From the NCBI GenBank assembly GCA_043806135.1, contig JAZDHG010000098.1, forward strand, positions 1,660 through 65,659: a stretch of DNA of 64,000 nucleotides, given 5' to 3'. This DNA is from Candidatus Omnitrophota bacterium. Lineage in GTDB: Bacteria; Omnitrophota; Gorgyraeia; B26-G9. The notes under the pieces are model-generated. The model did no database searches. It was not told the origin of the DNA and saw only the letters and a program-made list of their open reading frames with translations. The position numbers were made by a program, and so were the translations under genes. Each line of letters starts with the position of its first letter. Position 1 is the first letter of the stretch. Shown here piece by piece: positions 30,962-40,758 of the stretch.

Positions 30962-30996
30962 AACCCAATTCTGACACCGGGAGTCAGAATTGGGTT
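30962..30996. repeat. REP-like perfect hairpin upstream of the RAYT (14-bp stem aacccaattctgac / gtcagaattgggtt, 7-nt loop)
   Basis: Read directly from the sequence. It shares the core ctgac-N-gtcag with the hairpin downstream of the RAYT. Confidence 0.6.
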
Positions 30997-31048
30997 AAAT
31001 GGATGATTTTGGATATAGGGGAATTATTGATTTAGGAAAGGAGCTGGT

Positions 31049-31687
31049 ATGCCTATAAGAGCGGACGTGGTTAGCGGAAGAATGTATCATGTTTTTACGA
31101 AAAGCATCGCCGGATTTATTGTTTTTAATAATGATGCTGAGTATGACAGGATGATCTATGCATTAAACTATTATAAGATCATGGGAATTGGCTACTGCTA
31201 TTCAGACTATATCAAACATGTTTATAAAACTGATTTATTGAAAGATAAAGATCAAACAGTAGATATTATCGCATATTGTTTAATGCCCACACATTTACAT
31301 TTTATTCTCAAACAAAATGTCGATAAAGGCATATCACTCTTTATGAGAAAGGTTCTCAATAGTTATTCTAAATATTTTAATTGCAAAATTAAAAGAAAAG
31401 GCCCTTTGTGGGAAAGTAGATTTAAAAATGTTAAGATAGAGAATGATGAACAGTTAATGCATTTAACCCGATATGTGCACTTAAATCCTGTTACCGCAAA
31501 CTTGGTAAAAAAACCAAATTTTTGGAAATATTCTTCATATAATGAATATCTGAACAAGACAAAAGAAAAAATATGCAACTATGGCGAGGTTTTGGATATT
31601 GATCCAGGGGAATATAAAGAATTTGTTGGGTCCCAAATAGATCATCAAAAAGAATTAGCGCATATCAAGCATTTAATCCTTAAATAA
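31049..31687 (+). CDS. REP-associated tyrosine transposase (RAYT) / IS200-like Y1 (HUH) transposase
   Basis: HUH motif in CLMPTHLHFIL. Conserved GPLWESRF (compare G-x-LWQ-RF of Y1 transposases). Catalytic Tyr context RYVHLNPV followed by ...WKYSSY. RBS AAAGGAG upstream. Flanked by REP-like hairpins. Confidence 0.8.
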   Translation: MPIRADVVSGRMYHVFTKSIAGFIVFNNDAEYDRMIYALNYYKIMGIGYCYSDYIKHVYKTDLLKDKDQTVDIIAYCLMPTHLHFILKQNVDKGISLFMRKVLNSYSKYFNCKIKRKGPLWESRFKNVKIENDEQLMHLTRYVHLNPVTANLVKKPNFWKYSSYNEYLNKTKEKICNYGEVLDIDPGEYKEFVGSQIDHQKELAHIKHLILK

Positions 31688-31691
31688 CCAG

Positions 31692-31714
31692 ACTCTGACC
31701 CCCGCGGTCAGAGT
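31692..31714. repeat. REP-like hairpin downstream of the RAYT (9-bp stem actctgacc / ggtcagagt, loop cccgc)
   Basis: Read directly from the sequence. Same tctgac...gtcaga core as the upstream hairpin. Confidence 0.55.
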
Positions 31715-31861
31715 GGGGTTGGGTTTTACAATTAACTTGATCTGTTTTTTTTCTTGCGTTTAAATTTTTAGTTTATCCCGCTTGTTTTATCAAAAAAATC
31801 AACTCTGTAACCCGCAAACGCGTTAACACGATAACTATCTTATTTTCAATATGTTATGAGC

Positions 31862-31890
31862 TTGCATTGTCGTGAATCCTATGGTATACT
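31862..31890 (+). promoter_or_regulatory. sigma70-like promoter (TTGCAT-17-TGgTATACT) within a diverged copy of the repeated promoter cassette, upstream of giant gene 2
   Basis: TTGCAT at 31862-31867, 17-nt spacer, TATACT at 31885-31890. The surrounding caatatgttatgagcttgca...aatcctatggtatacttt matches the repeats at 40367-40416 and 41857-41906. Confidence 0.5.
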
Positions 31891-32040
31891 TTCACGTGTT
31901 TTTAAAACGCTTTATAAAGTAATTTAATTTTGAACAAAGAGATAAGTTAAGTATGTAAAATTTTTTAAGATTTTATTTAAAGTATTATTTTGAAGAATGT
32001 AATAACTTTCGTTTAAGCGTAAGGCAAATTAGGTGAGCAC

Positions 32041-32400
32041 ATGAAAAATATCATGCATTTTCTTAGTTGGAGGTTGATGTTCTTAACGACCGTACTTCTA
32101 TTTTTAATGCATTTTTTTGTCTTTATGTCGTGTAGTAAGTTAGATGAAAAAGTGATTGCCTGTGACCAAGGTAATAAAATGCGATTTGTTATCTATAATA
32201 CACTTTCAACTAAAGTTATGATAGGTTATGAGGATTTTAGGCAATTATTTTATCAACCCCTGCGCAAAGGTTCAACAGCAGTAATGAATGCTGAGTTATT
32301 AGGTTCAATGTTTTATTCTTCATCAGTGCCTGTAATTACGAGACGACTCAGGATCAAGGATCCCAGGGGTCACTATATAATGATAGGTAGTGCTATTTAG
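32041..32400 (+). CDS. small hypothetical protein with N-terminal hydrophobic/signal-like segment, immediately upstream of giant gene 2
   Basis: ORF with AGGTGA RBS. Hydrophobic N-terminus ending in FMSCSK (possible lipobox). 8-nt gap to the next ORF suggests co-transcription. Confidence 0.4.
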   Translation: MKNIMHFLSWRLMFLTTVLLFLMHFFVFMSCSKLDEKVIACDQGNKMRFVIYNTLSTKVMIGYEDFRQLFYQPLRKGSTAVMNAELLGSMFYSSSVPVITRRLRIKDPRGHYIMIGSAI

Positions 32401-32408
32401 TTGGAAAA

Positions 32409-35400
32409 TTGCTTATGAAAAGCTTGACTTTAAAAAAACAAAAGGCAGTATATTATCGCGCAAATTCCTTAATTATTGCTTTTGCCTTTGTTTGTACATC
32501 GATAATCCCTCCTGGGTATGCACAGAGCATAACGACTTTGAATCTTCCAAAACCGGGAGTAATGATTCCCCAAAGCCCTGCATTTGTGCCAGTTTTGCTT
32601 AAAGGTATGACGATTTATCCGGATAATCCATTACGGTTTGACTTCATTGTTGATAATGGAAATACTAATTTTATACCTGATGAAATCAAAGAAGAGTCTA
32701 ATCGGCTAGTAAAATATTTTCTTGCCGCCATGACTATTCCGCAGAATGATTTGTGGGTCAACCTGTCTCCCTATGAAGCAAATAAGATTATTCCAACTGA
32801 ACTTGGGAAGACTGAATTAGGCAGAGATATGCTGGCGCAGGATTATATTCTTAAGCAGTTGACAGCATCATTACTTTATCCCGAAAAAGAGCCGGGAAAA
32901 GCTTTCTGGGCCAAGATATATATGAAAGCTAAAGATAAGTTCGGCACAGCAGAAATCCCCATCAATACATTTAATAAGGTCTGGATAATCCCTGAAGAAG
33001 CGCTGGTTTATGAAAATGGCAATGCGGTCTATATTGTTAAAAGCCGTCTAAAAGTGATGCTGGAGGAAGATTATCAGGCTTTGCATCAAAACAGAAAAAG
33101 CGTGAAACTTAAAGTAGATCAATCATCGGATTTACAGACTAAAGGTGCAGCATTAATTTCTTCACAAATAGCGCGTGAAATTATTCTTCCGGAAATTGAA
33201 CGTGAAGTTAATGAAGGTAAAAATTTTGCTTCTATCCGGCAAATTTATCAAGCTTTGATTCTTGCCAAGTGGCACAAAGAAACAATCAAAGAAAGTCTTA
33301 TGTCAAAAGTTTATATTGATCAGAAGAAAATAATGGGAGTAGATTTGTCTGACCCAATGGTTAAAGACAAGATTTATGCCCAATATGTCGAAGCGTTTAA
33401 GAAGGGAGTTTTTAATTTTATCAAGGAAGATTATGACCAAGTGAGTCAGAAGGTTATCCCGAGGAAGTATTTCTCTGGCGGTGAAAAGTTTGGCGATATA
33501 CCTTTGAAGCGAACAAAAGACGCCAGACAGCTTAATTCTTCGCCAATAGGCGATTATTATAAATTAGTAGTAAAAATAGATCCACAGATGAAAACTGGAA
33601 ACGATGATCATGAGATAAAGAATTTGGCTGGAGTCAATCCAAGTAGGGGGTCTCCCCAACTTAAAGAAACTAACGCCGACAAACTAGAATTTGACGCTGA
33701 AGGACTTGATATTGCATTTAAAATTTTCGATTCAAAGGCAGATGTCCCTGAACTCCTTAAAAAAATATCAGGGATTCACGGGGTTGAGAGAGTTGATTGG
33801 AAAGACGGAGTCTTAACAATTATCAGTAAAACAGAGGCTGTCAAAGTCCACCCTAAAGATTTGGAAATAAATGAACGCCATCAAATAAAAGATAGATTTT
33901 ATGTTAAACCTATCTCTGCTTGCGGTGAGATGGCTGTAAAAATTTATCACCGTGATTCTCGTGATGAAATAAAACGGCCCAATAAACCGGTTTATGTGCT
34001 TGGCGTTGTGCGTCCTAGCCATGATGCAGGGGCTGCTTTAATTAAAGACGGGGTTCTTGTCGGAGCTATCGAAGAAGAACGTTTGAATTTGGACAAACAT
34101 GCCAATGCGTACTTCCCTAAGGAGGCAACGCGTTATTTATTAGAAGCTAACGGAATTACCTGGGAAGACATCGACCATATAGCGGTTACTTATGATTATA
34201 ATTTTTACCAGGAAACTCCAAGCAGCAAAGAGCCACATTATTATTATCGTCAAAAATACAATCTTCCTTTTAAGAATTCTTATCGACGATACGATATAAA
34301 TAAGTTTCAATCATTTTTAGAAGGTATGGCTGTTGATTATGGCACAGGATATATTCCTCCAGTTACTTTTGTCAAGCATCACAAGGCTCATGCAGCAGCC
34401 GCATATTATTCTAGTGGATTTACAGAACCGACTTTAGTCGTGTCCATTGATGGCCAAGGAGAAGATGAATCCACAACCATTTGGATAGCGAAAGATGGTC
34501 AATTAAAAAGGATCGCACGCACAACTCCTTTCACGCATTCGTTAGGACATTTTTATCATATCATGACAGTTTACTTGGGATATCAAAGACATGATGAAGG
34601 AAAAGTCATGGGGTATGCTCCTTATGGGGCGCCAAGAAATCTCCAAGAAGAGAGGACGGTCAATCAATTAAGAGAAATAATGCGAGAATTGATATGGTTT
34701 AATCGGAAAACCGAGCAAATTGAAATGAATCAAGAGAATTTTGAATTAACAACAATATCTGCTTTTCCTGGAGTTAAATTTTCAGAAAGTTTTTTACAAC
34801 GGTTAGTTAAGATTATCCCGCCTATGCCTGAAAGCAAGTCTGGTCGTGATTTACAACCAGAAGACCGAAAGAGGGCACATTTGGCATTTGCCATGCAAGA
34901 ACGAGTGGAACAAGTTATTGATGATATGGTTTCTTATTATCTTAATGAAAATAAGGAAACAAAGGGAGTAAAATACGTTGTCATGACTGGAGGCCTTGCT
35001 CTTAATATTGCTTCCAATGGGAAACTTATTGAAAAGGGCACCGTTCAAGCAGATAAATTTTTCGTGCCGGCTTATCCGGCTGATGACGGGACAAGTGTCG
35101 GCGCTGCTCTCTCGGTTTCAACTGAAGAGTATGGCTTGGATGTTCAGAATAAGGTTCAAAAAATATCTTTTGGAAAAACATATTCTGATGAAGAAATTCA
35201 AAGGACATTAGAATGTTTTGGCTTAGAAGAGGGCGTTGACTATGAGCGTATTCAGAACGATGAGCAATTAGTTAATGAGGTAACTGATGCGATTGTGCAT
35301 GACAAAACGGTGGCTTGGTTTCAGGGAGGATCAGAATTAGGTCCAAGAGCCTTGGGGAATAGAAGTATTTTGAATAGGTTAACTGATCCGGAAGGGAATC

Positions 35401-38400
35401 TCAAAGTTAATCGAATCAAAAACCGGGAACTTTGGCGACCATCTGCTTTATCTATTCAAGAAGAACGGGCAGCAGAATTTTTGGATGGAGTAAACACATC
35501 TCCTTTTATGACAATATCATTCCCAGTAACAAAGGACAAAAAAGATATAATCAAAGCTGGGGCTCATCCAGGAGATGGAACGACTCGTCCTCAAACAGTT
35601 TCTCGTGAGGCCAATCCTCTTTATTGGGAATTGCTTGGTGAAATGGGAGAACGCACAGGCGTTCCAGGAGTCCTTAATACATCTTTTAATAGGCGAGGAC
35701 CTATTGTTGAGACACCGGAAGATGCCCTCAATACGTATTTTTATGGCGAAGGATTAGATGTGTTAACCATAGGGCATTATATTCTAAGGAATAAGGAAAA
35801 AATCGTTCCAAGTGTGTTGAATGGTGGAGATGAAGTAGATTTGAAAGAATTTTTCAAGTTAGGAAAAAATAAATCCGAACCATTAAACAAAGTGTGGGAT
35901 GAGTTTTGGCTACAAGCCAATAACGTAGCGGCTTCAAGAGCTTCTGCGCATCAGCACTACTTGATAGTTAATGTTGATGATGCTGGTGAGAATCGTGAAA
36001 TCTTAAGAATTCCATTAATTAAAGAAATGTTTCAAGAGGGGCCGCGTGAATTTATGGTTGCAGACCTTGCCGCAAGAATTCAAAAAGGCATAGGGAGTGA
36101 TAAACTGACAACAATAGCTATTGAAACAACAGCACCTCAATTTAGAGAGATAGTTGTTGATTTATTTGAAAAGTTAGCCCCGGAAAATCTTAAAAGAAAT
36201 TGGAATATTGTTAAATTAGGTTTTGGCGAATGCTCGTCTCTTAAAGAGGAGCTACAACAAAGACGAGTTAATTCTACGGAAGCTGTTAAGGACTTAAATA
36301 GGAATATTAAAAAATGGCAAGGAGAACAGCGTATTGATCCTATTTTTATTGCTGTTACGGGACCAGGCGAAAGCGGCAGAACTTCCATTGTGAATGGATT
36401 GCAAGAGAAACATTTTGTGATTAATGCCGATAGATGGAAGCTATCAGAACATCAGATAAATAATTTGCTCAACTATCCATTTTCGCATATGAGATTTAAT
36501 GATTATGTCAATGCGTTAAAAAGATTACAACAGGGTCAAACAGCTATGATCCCGTTACAGAAAACTCTATCAGCAAAATCGCCACAACGAGGGTTTGCTC
36601 TTTTAAATGAAGAAACAAAAGAAAAATATAAGTATATTTTGGTAAAGGAAAACAGTCAGGTTTGGATCCGACATGACGGACAACTATTTGAGGAAGTTAG
36701 ACCTGAGGCGTCTGATATTTTTATTGTCAATACATCTGTTGCATTAAACTATCCGATATTGCGAAATTTATTTGAAGAAGTTTATTTTGTCGCATCCAAT
36801 GAAGAATTGAAAGAACCATCGAAAAAAGGCGAAGATGGCATTATTCCACCCCACAGGCGTGGAGTTGAATTTGCAACAACTATCGTTGAATTAGATGATG
36901 CCCAAACTTTTTGGACTCCGCTTAAGACCCCGCAGCCAATTAAGCAAATAGACTCAATGTGTGTAGCCCTTGCGAATTATTGTCCAGTGGGTTGTTCATT
37001 TTGTTTTATGCGGTCAGTTCAAGATAAAAGAAAAAGAATAGCATTAGGGTCTAAAGCTATAGAAAGAATTCTTTCTTATGCTAAAGAAAATCAAGTTTTT
37101 CGTATTATGTTATCAGGGGGTGAACCTCTTAGCGAGATTGCAACTGTATTAAGGGTAATACGCGAGGCGGAAGTGCCGCATATCACGATTTTTACTAGTG
37201 GCTATTTTGCAGTAAATGCATCTCGGACGGAAGAGGTCCTTGATCAGTTAGTTGCGGCTGTTAGAGAAAGGAAGCAATCGGGAAAGAAGCCTGTACATAT
37301 ACTTTTTGAAGTAAGTGTTGATGAGTTTCATGGCCGGCGTGTACCGCAAAAGAATATTATCAATATTATCAGAGAATTCGAAAAGGATATGGGTGCGAAG
37401 TACTCAGATATGACCCTTGAAGTTAAGGGCATACTAAATGATGGGGATACAATTCCAGAAATAATGCAAACATTAGGGGGAAAGATCCAGGAAGTTCATC
37501 AAAGCGGACCTTTTCCTACTAAACCGATTATTCTCCCATCTGGCTACACATTTAATGTTCGCTATTCTGAAATAAAACTTGTAAAAGACACGATAAATAC
37601 GAAATTATCAAAAAAACGGTTTGATAGGGTCTATCAAAGAAGATTGGAAGATGATATTATCTATATGGGGAGGGGAGAGAAAAGTGGCGCTAGTTTCTCT
37701 GTTAATTATGACGGAGTGGTCTCTGTTAATGACTATTTAGCAAAAGATTTCGTGTTGGGGAATGCAAATAATGATAACTTCAGTGAGGACGTTGACAGGC
37801 GTTTAAGGTTTGACCCTCTTGTTGTTGCATTACGAGAAATTGGATTAAATACTGTTTTAGACATTACTTCTCGTTTGCGACCAAATATACGGAAAAAATC
37901 GATAGAAATGAACAATCAGTTTATTACAATATCCGATATTTTGGAAGACGAAGAATTGAGAGAAAATATCTATAAGGAATTAATTCAATTGATAGAAAAA
38001 AAAGAGAATCCTGCGTTAAAAGGATCAGCTAATAATGTGCAGTTCTTAAATACTGGTGTTGCTGACTTGACTAAAAAGGTATTTATCATTGGTGATGGCC
38101 ATATTGAATTAGGTGGTTCAGTGACCGTAAAAGGCAATAGAAGCCAGATTAGATTCCAAGGAGAAAATCAAGAGAACTTAGTTATTCGGATGGGTAACGG
38201 CTTGGTAATGGAAGATTGCTTTATTTCTTTAAGAAGGAGCCAAGGGGAGGCTCGTGTGGAATGGCAGGGCGATACTTTGATAATAGAGGAAATGGATATT
38301 GGGGAAAATGTCAGAATCACTAAAGGTGGGGAAATCATGAATGTTCCATGGATAGGTGATGATGTAGAGATTGCAGGGTCATTTTTGATTGAGATGGATA

Positions 38401-39938
38401 ATGCGGGCGTTGGCGACCGAACAAAAATTCTAAGTAATAGCGAAGCAAGAATGAGTACTATTGGTTCAGATGTTGTTATTGACCAGCAATCAAAGATATT
38501 TAAATCAATAGTATCTTCAGGAGCTAAAATCATAAATACGAGTTTAGTGGGGGGGCAGGATGAACTCGTTGGTGGATGGAGACAAAAAGATGACGGAGGA
38601 AAAGGGCGCGGTGTGGTTATTGGAAAGGGCGTGGAGTTTCGTAATGGGATTGCACAACATTTAGGTGTTAAAGAAGGCAAAATAAATCCAATAACTGTGG
38701 CTGATGGAGTAAATCTGGATGGAGTTTTTCTGATTTCCGAAAGGAACAAAGGCATACATGCAATCGTTGATTTAGAGCTCGAGGTAGGTCAACGTGTTTA
38801 TATTTTTGATGGTGTTATTGTTGATGAAGTGGTTAAAAAACAAATTCTAGATAAGCTTGATACGTCGGACATTGTTAAAGTAAGTTTTGAAGAGGGGATT
38901 GCCAAAGTAGAAAGTGTTGCTGGATCAGTGGTAACGCCGGAATTATTAAATGTACCCCAGCTAAAAGAGGAATACGCAACTCAAAAGACTCGTGGAATAC
39001 CAAAGGTATACTCAATAGATACCATACAAGAAGCTAAAGATTTAAACGATCTTTTGTTAAAGAGTGATATTTTTATTAGTCGAGCAGGGGAGATCCTGAC
39101 TTCAAGAGGCGAGAGGGATGACATTGCGGTTCGGATTGGTCAGGGAGCATTTGTTTACCCTGGGGTAGAGATTTATGCGAATGAAGGACGAACAGTTAAT
39201 ATAAATGTTTGGGATTTAGGTAATAGGGGTGGAGCTCTAATAATTGCTGATGAACAAGATGTTCAACTTGGCCCCAAGAATCGGCTGGCAGGCCGTATAG
39301 TTGCGGCAGTTATCAGAGATGTAAATGTCGATGCAGAATTTAATAATTTTGGAGGTATTGCGGATACTATTACAGGAAATGCTAAGATTACTATTAGGAA
39401 TCAAGGCATGCTTAAAAATGCTAATCTTTCATCTGATGGAAAAGGCAAAGGTGAGATCGTTTGGGGGTCGTATCAAGGTGAAAACGTTGATATCGAAGTA
39501 ACTGGTGATGTTGTCGTGGGTTTATCATATGGTGGAATAATTCAAGGACAAAGTTTAAGTGATGGGAGAAACTCAATAAAATTAGTTTCAGGATTTAATT
39601 CTGGTTATAGGTCAGTAATTATAGATGAACGTCAAGAACCGGTTGAACAAATTATTTATGATAGTCTTTATAATGCAACGGATTTTATAATGAAGAGTTT
39701 TTCTTCGCATTCTCCTAAGTATGGTGGTATTGATATGACTGATATAAAGTTCAATCGTAGGGGGGCTGGTGTTGATATCCAAATTGATCCGGTGGTGTTG
39801 CAGAGCATGCTCGAACGGGGAATAAATGGATTTACTCCAGTGATTATCAATTTAACACCGATTAATAACATTATGCCTCTTTTAGGACTTGAACCGAAAA
39901 GCAGAGAAAAGGAGTATGAGTTGTCGAGTTTAAATTAA
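32409..39938 (+). CDS. giant multidomain protein (2509 aa): signal peptide; NodU/CmcH-type carbamoyltransferase; degenerate P-loop; radical-SAM core; C-terminal beta-helix-like repeats
   Basis: Likely true start is the ATG at 32415 (MKSLTLKK...). Signal peptide ends ...SIIPPGYAQS. Carbamoyltransferase N domain spans 33985-35110 (VYVLGVVRPSHDAGAALIKDGVLVGAIEEERLNLDKHANAYFPKEA; HHKAHAAAAYYSSGF; VMTGGLALNIASNGKL; FVPAYPADDGTSVGAAL). Carbamoyltransferase C domain spans 35310-35800 (GPRALGNRSIL, SPFMTISFPV, NTSFNRRGPIVETPEDA). IAVTGPGESGRTS lies at 36346-36390. The radical-SAM motif CPVGCSFC lies at 36981-37004, followed by MLSGGEPL. Glycine-rich hexapeptide-like beta-helix repeats span 38080-39560. 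Confidence 0.85.
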   Translation: MLMKSLTLKKQKAVYYRANSLIIAFAFVCTSIIPPGYAQSITTLNLPKPGVMIPQSPAFVPVLLKGMTIYPDNPLRFDFIVDNGNTNFIPDEIKEESNRLVKYFLAAMTIPQNDLWVNLSPYEANKIIPTELGKTELGRDMLAQDYILKQLTASLLYPEKEPGKAFWAKIYMKAKDKFGTAEIPINTFNKVWIIPEEALVYENGNAVYIVKSRLKVMLEEDYQALHQNRKSVKLKVDQSSDLQTKGAALISSQIAREIILPEIEREVNEGKNFASIRQIYQALILAKWHKETIKESLMSKVYIDQKKIMGVDLSDPMVKDKIYAQYVEAFKKGVFNFIKEDYDQVSQKVIPRKYFSGGEKFGDIPLKRTKDARQLNSSPIGDYYKLVVKIDPQMKTGNDDHEIKNLAGVNPSRGSPQLKETNADKLEFDAEGLDIAFKIFDSKADVPELLKKISGIHGVERVDWKDGVLTIISKTEAVKVHPKDLEINERHQIKDRFYVKPISACGEMAVKIYHRDSRDEIKRPNKPVYVLGVVRPSHDAGAALIKDGVLVGAIEEERLNLDKHANAYFPKEATRYLLEANGITWEDIDHIAVTYDYNFYQETPSSKEPHYYYRQKYNLPFKNSYRRYDINKFQSFLEGMAVDYGTGYIPPVTFVKHHKAHAAAAYYSSGFTEPTLVVSIDGQGEDESTTIWIAKDGQLKRIARTTPFTHSLGHFYHIMTVYLGYQRHDEGKVMGYAPYGAPRNLQEERTVNQLREIMRELIWFNRKTEQIEMNQENFELTTISAFPGVKFSESFLQRLVKIIPPMPESKSGRDLQPEDRKRAHLAFAMQERVEQVIDDMVSYYLNENKETKGVKYVVMTGGLALNIASNGKLIEKGTVQADKFFVPAYPADDGTSVGAALSVSTEEYGLDVQNKVQKISFGKTYSDEEIQRTLECFGLEEGVDYERIQNDEQLVNEVTDAIVHDKTVAWFQGGSELGPRALGNRSILNRLTDPEGNLKVNRIKNRELWRPSALSIQEERAAEFLDGVNTSPFMTISFPVTKDKKDIIKAGAHPGDGTTRPQTVSREANPLYWELLGEMGERTGVPGVLNTSFNRRGPIVETPEDALNTYFYGEGLDVLTIGHYILRNKEKIVPSVLNGGDEVDLKEFFKLGKNKSEPLNKVWDEFWLQANNVAASRASAHQHYLIVNVDDAGENREILRIPLIKEMFQEGPREFMVADLAARIQKGIGSDKLTTIAIETTAPQFREIVVDLFEKLAPENLKRNWNIVKLGFGECSSLKEELQQRRVNSTEAVKDLNRNIKKWQGEQRIDPIFIAVTGPGESGRTSIVNGLQEKHFVINADRWKLSEHQINNLLNYPFSHMRFNDYVNALKRLQQGQTAMIPLQKTLSAKSPQRGFALLNEETKEKYKYILVKENSQVWIRHDGQLFEEVRPEASDIFIVNTSVALNYPILRNLFEEVYFVASNEELKEPSKKGEDGIIPPHRRGVEFATTIVELDDAQTFWTPLKTPQPIKQIDSMCVALANYCPVGCSFCFMRSVQDKRKRIALGSKAIERILSYAKENQVFRIMLSGGEPLSEIATVLRVIREAEVPHITIFTSGYFAVNASRTEEVLDQLVAAVRERKQSGKKPVHILFEVSVDEFHGRRVPQKNIINIIREFEKDMGAKYSDMTLEVKGILNDGDTIPEIMQTLGGKIQEVHQSGPFPTKPIILPSGYTFNVRYSEIKLVKDTINTKLSKKRFDRVYQRRLEDDIIYMGRGEKSGASFSVNYDGVVSVNDYLAKDFVLGNANNDNFSEDVDRRLRFDPLVVALREIGLNTVLDITSRLRPNIRKKSIEMNNQFITISDILEDEELRENIYKELIQLIEKKENPALKGSANNVQFLNTGVADLTKKVFIIGDGHIELGGSVTVKGNRSQIRFQGENQENLVIRMGNGLVMEDCFISLRRSQGEARVEWQGDTLIIEEMDIGENVRITKGGEIMNVPWIGDDVEIAGSFLIEMDNAGVGDRTKILSNSEARMSTIGSDVVIDQQSKIFKSIVSSGAKIINTSLVGGQDELVGGWRQKDDGGKGRGVVIGKGVEFRNGIAQHLGVKEGKINPITVADGVNLDGVFLISERNKGIHAIVDLELEVGQRVYIFDGVIVDEVVKKQILDKLDTSDIVKVSFEEGIAKVESVAGSVVTPELLNVPQLKEEYATQKTRGIPKVYSIDTIQEAKDLNDLLLKSDIFISRAGEILTSRGERDDIAVRIGQGAFVYPGVEIYANEGRTVNINVWDLGNRGGALIIADEQDVQLGPKNRLAGRIVAAVIRDVNVDAEFNNFGGIADTITGNAKITIRNQGMLKNANLSSDGKGKGEIVWGSYQGENVDIEVTGDVVVGLSYGGIIQGQSLSDGRNSIKLVSGFNSGYRSVIIDERQEPVEQIIYDSLYNATDFIMKSFSSHSPKYGGIDMTDIKFNRRGAGVDIQIDPVVLQSMLERGINGFTPVIINLTPINNIMPLLGLEPKSREKEYELSSLN

Positions 39939-40269
39939 ACTTGTAGTAGTAGAAATCATTTATTCCTACAGATGACAAAACGATTTACAGCGAAGACACA
40001 GCATCTCAAAACGTAGATATTATTGCTGAATTCAATTATTTGGAATTAAATCGCACTAAATAATCAATTGATTAATCGGTTTAACTCTCTCTCCTTGCTT
40101 TGTAATTAGAGAAGCTAATTTAGTGCTTTGCATTTACTCTAGATGGGTTTACGTGTGTTTGGAGATATTTCAGTTTTTAACAACCATAAACTAGATTCTA
40201 TACTTATTGGCGATAAGCCATCACTACTGTCCCATTATAAGCTATAAGTTTTTCTTAGCATCTGCAACT

Positions 40270-40460
40270 TAAATACTTCTTATTACTTGCGGCATATAGT
40301 TTGCAGCATTCAGCCAGATTTTTTAACTTTTCTTCAAACGCTAATCGTTATACGCTAACATATGTATTCGCAATATGTTATGAGCTTGCAAAGCTTCTAA
40401 TCCTATGGTATACTTTGCTGTAATTTTTACTTACTTTTTAAAGTCCTTTAATTTTAAAAT
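40270..40460. repeat. ~190-bp intergenic direct repeat, copy A (second copy at 41770-41950), containing a strong promoter
   Basis: Near-identical 94-nt core (tat(t/c)(c/a)caatatgttatgagcttgcaaagcttctaatcctatggtatactttgctgtaatttttac(t/a)tacttttttaaag) plus ~100 nt of more diverged upstream similarity (gcagc(a)ttcagcc...aaacgctaatc). Confidence 0.8.
40387..40415 (+). promoter_or_regulatory. sigma70-like promoter TTGCAA-17-TGgTATACT (in repeat copy A) driving the MntA/HepT pair
   Basis: TTGCAA at 40387-40392, 17-nt spacer, TATACT at 40410-40415 preceded by TGG. Confidence 0.55.
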
Positions 40461-40758
40461 GATCACACAGATTTTAGAAAAATGATTACACCGATTAATA
40501 ATAAATCAACGCGGTAACGCGTTAACGCATATTTGCATATAGCTGATAGCTCATGGCAAAAGCAAAAAAAGAGTAAAAAGTTTATGGTCAATGAGAAAAG
40601 CAAAAAAGCTCTAAGCTTTTATAGCTGAGTGCTCCCCTTTTAATCTCCATAACCCTATTAAATTTGCTTTTATTTTTTTCTTTTGCTATACTTATAATTA
40701 AATTAGACACGAAGTTATTTAATGCTGATTGGATATATAATTTTAAAAAGGCAGAAAA

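Noticed and set aside
32390-32602. 70-aa ORF overlapping the start of giant gene 2
   Set aside because: Out-of-frame overlap with the signal-peptide-coding start of the 2509-aa ORF. No support.
36346-36390. Walker A ATPase call for GPGESGRTS in giant protein 2
   Set aside because: The canonical Lys is replaced by Arg and no Walker B was identified nearby. Reported only as a degenerate P-loop-like element.
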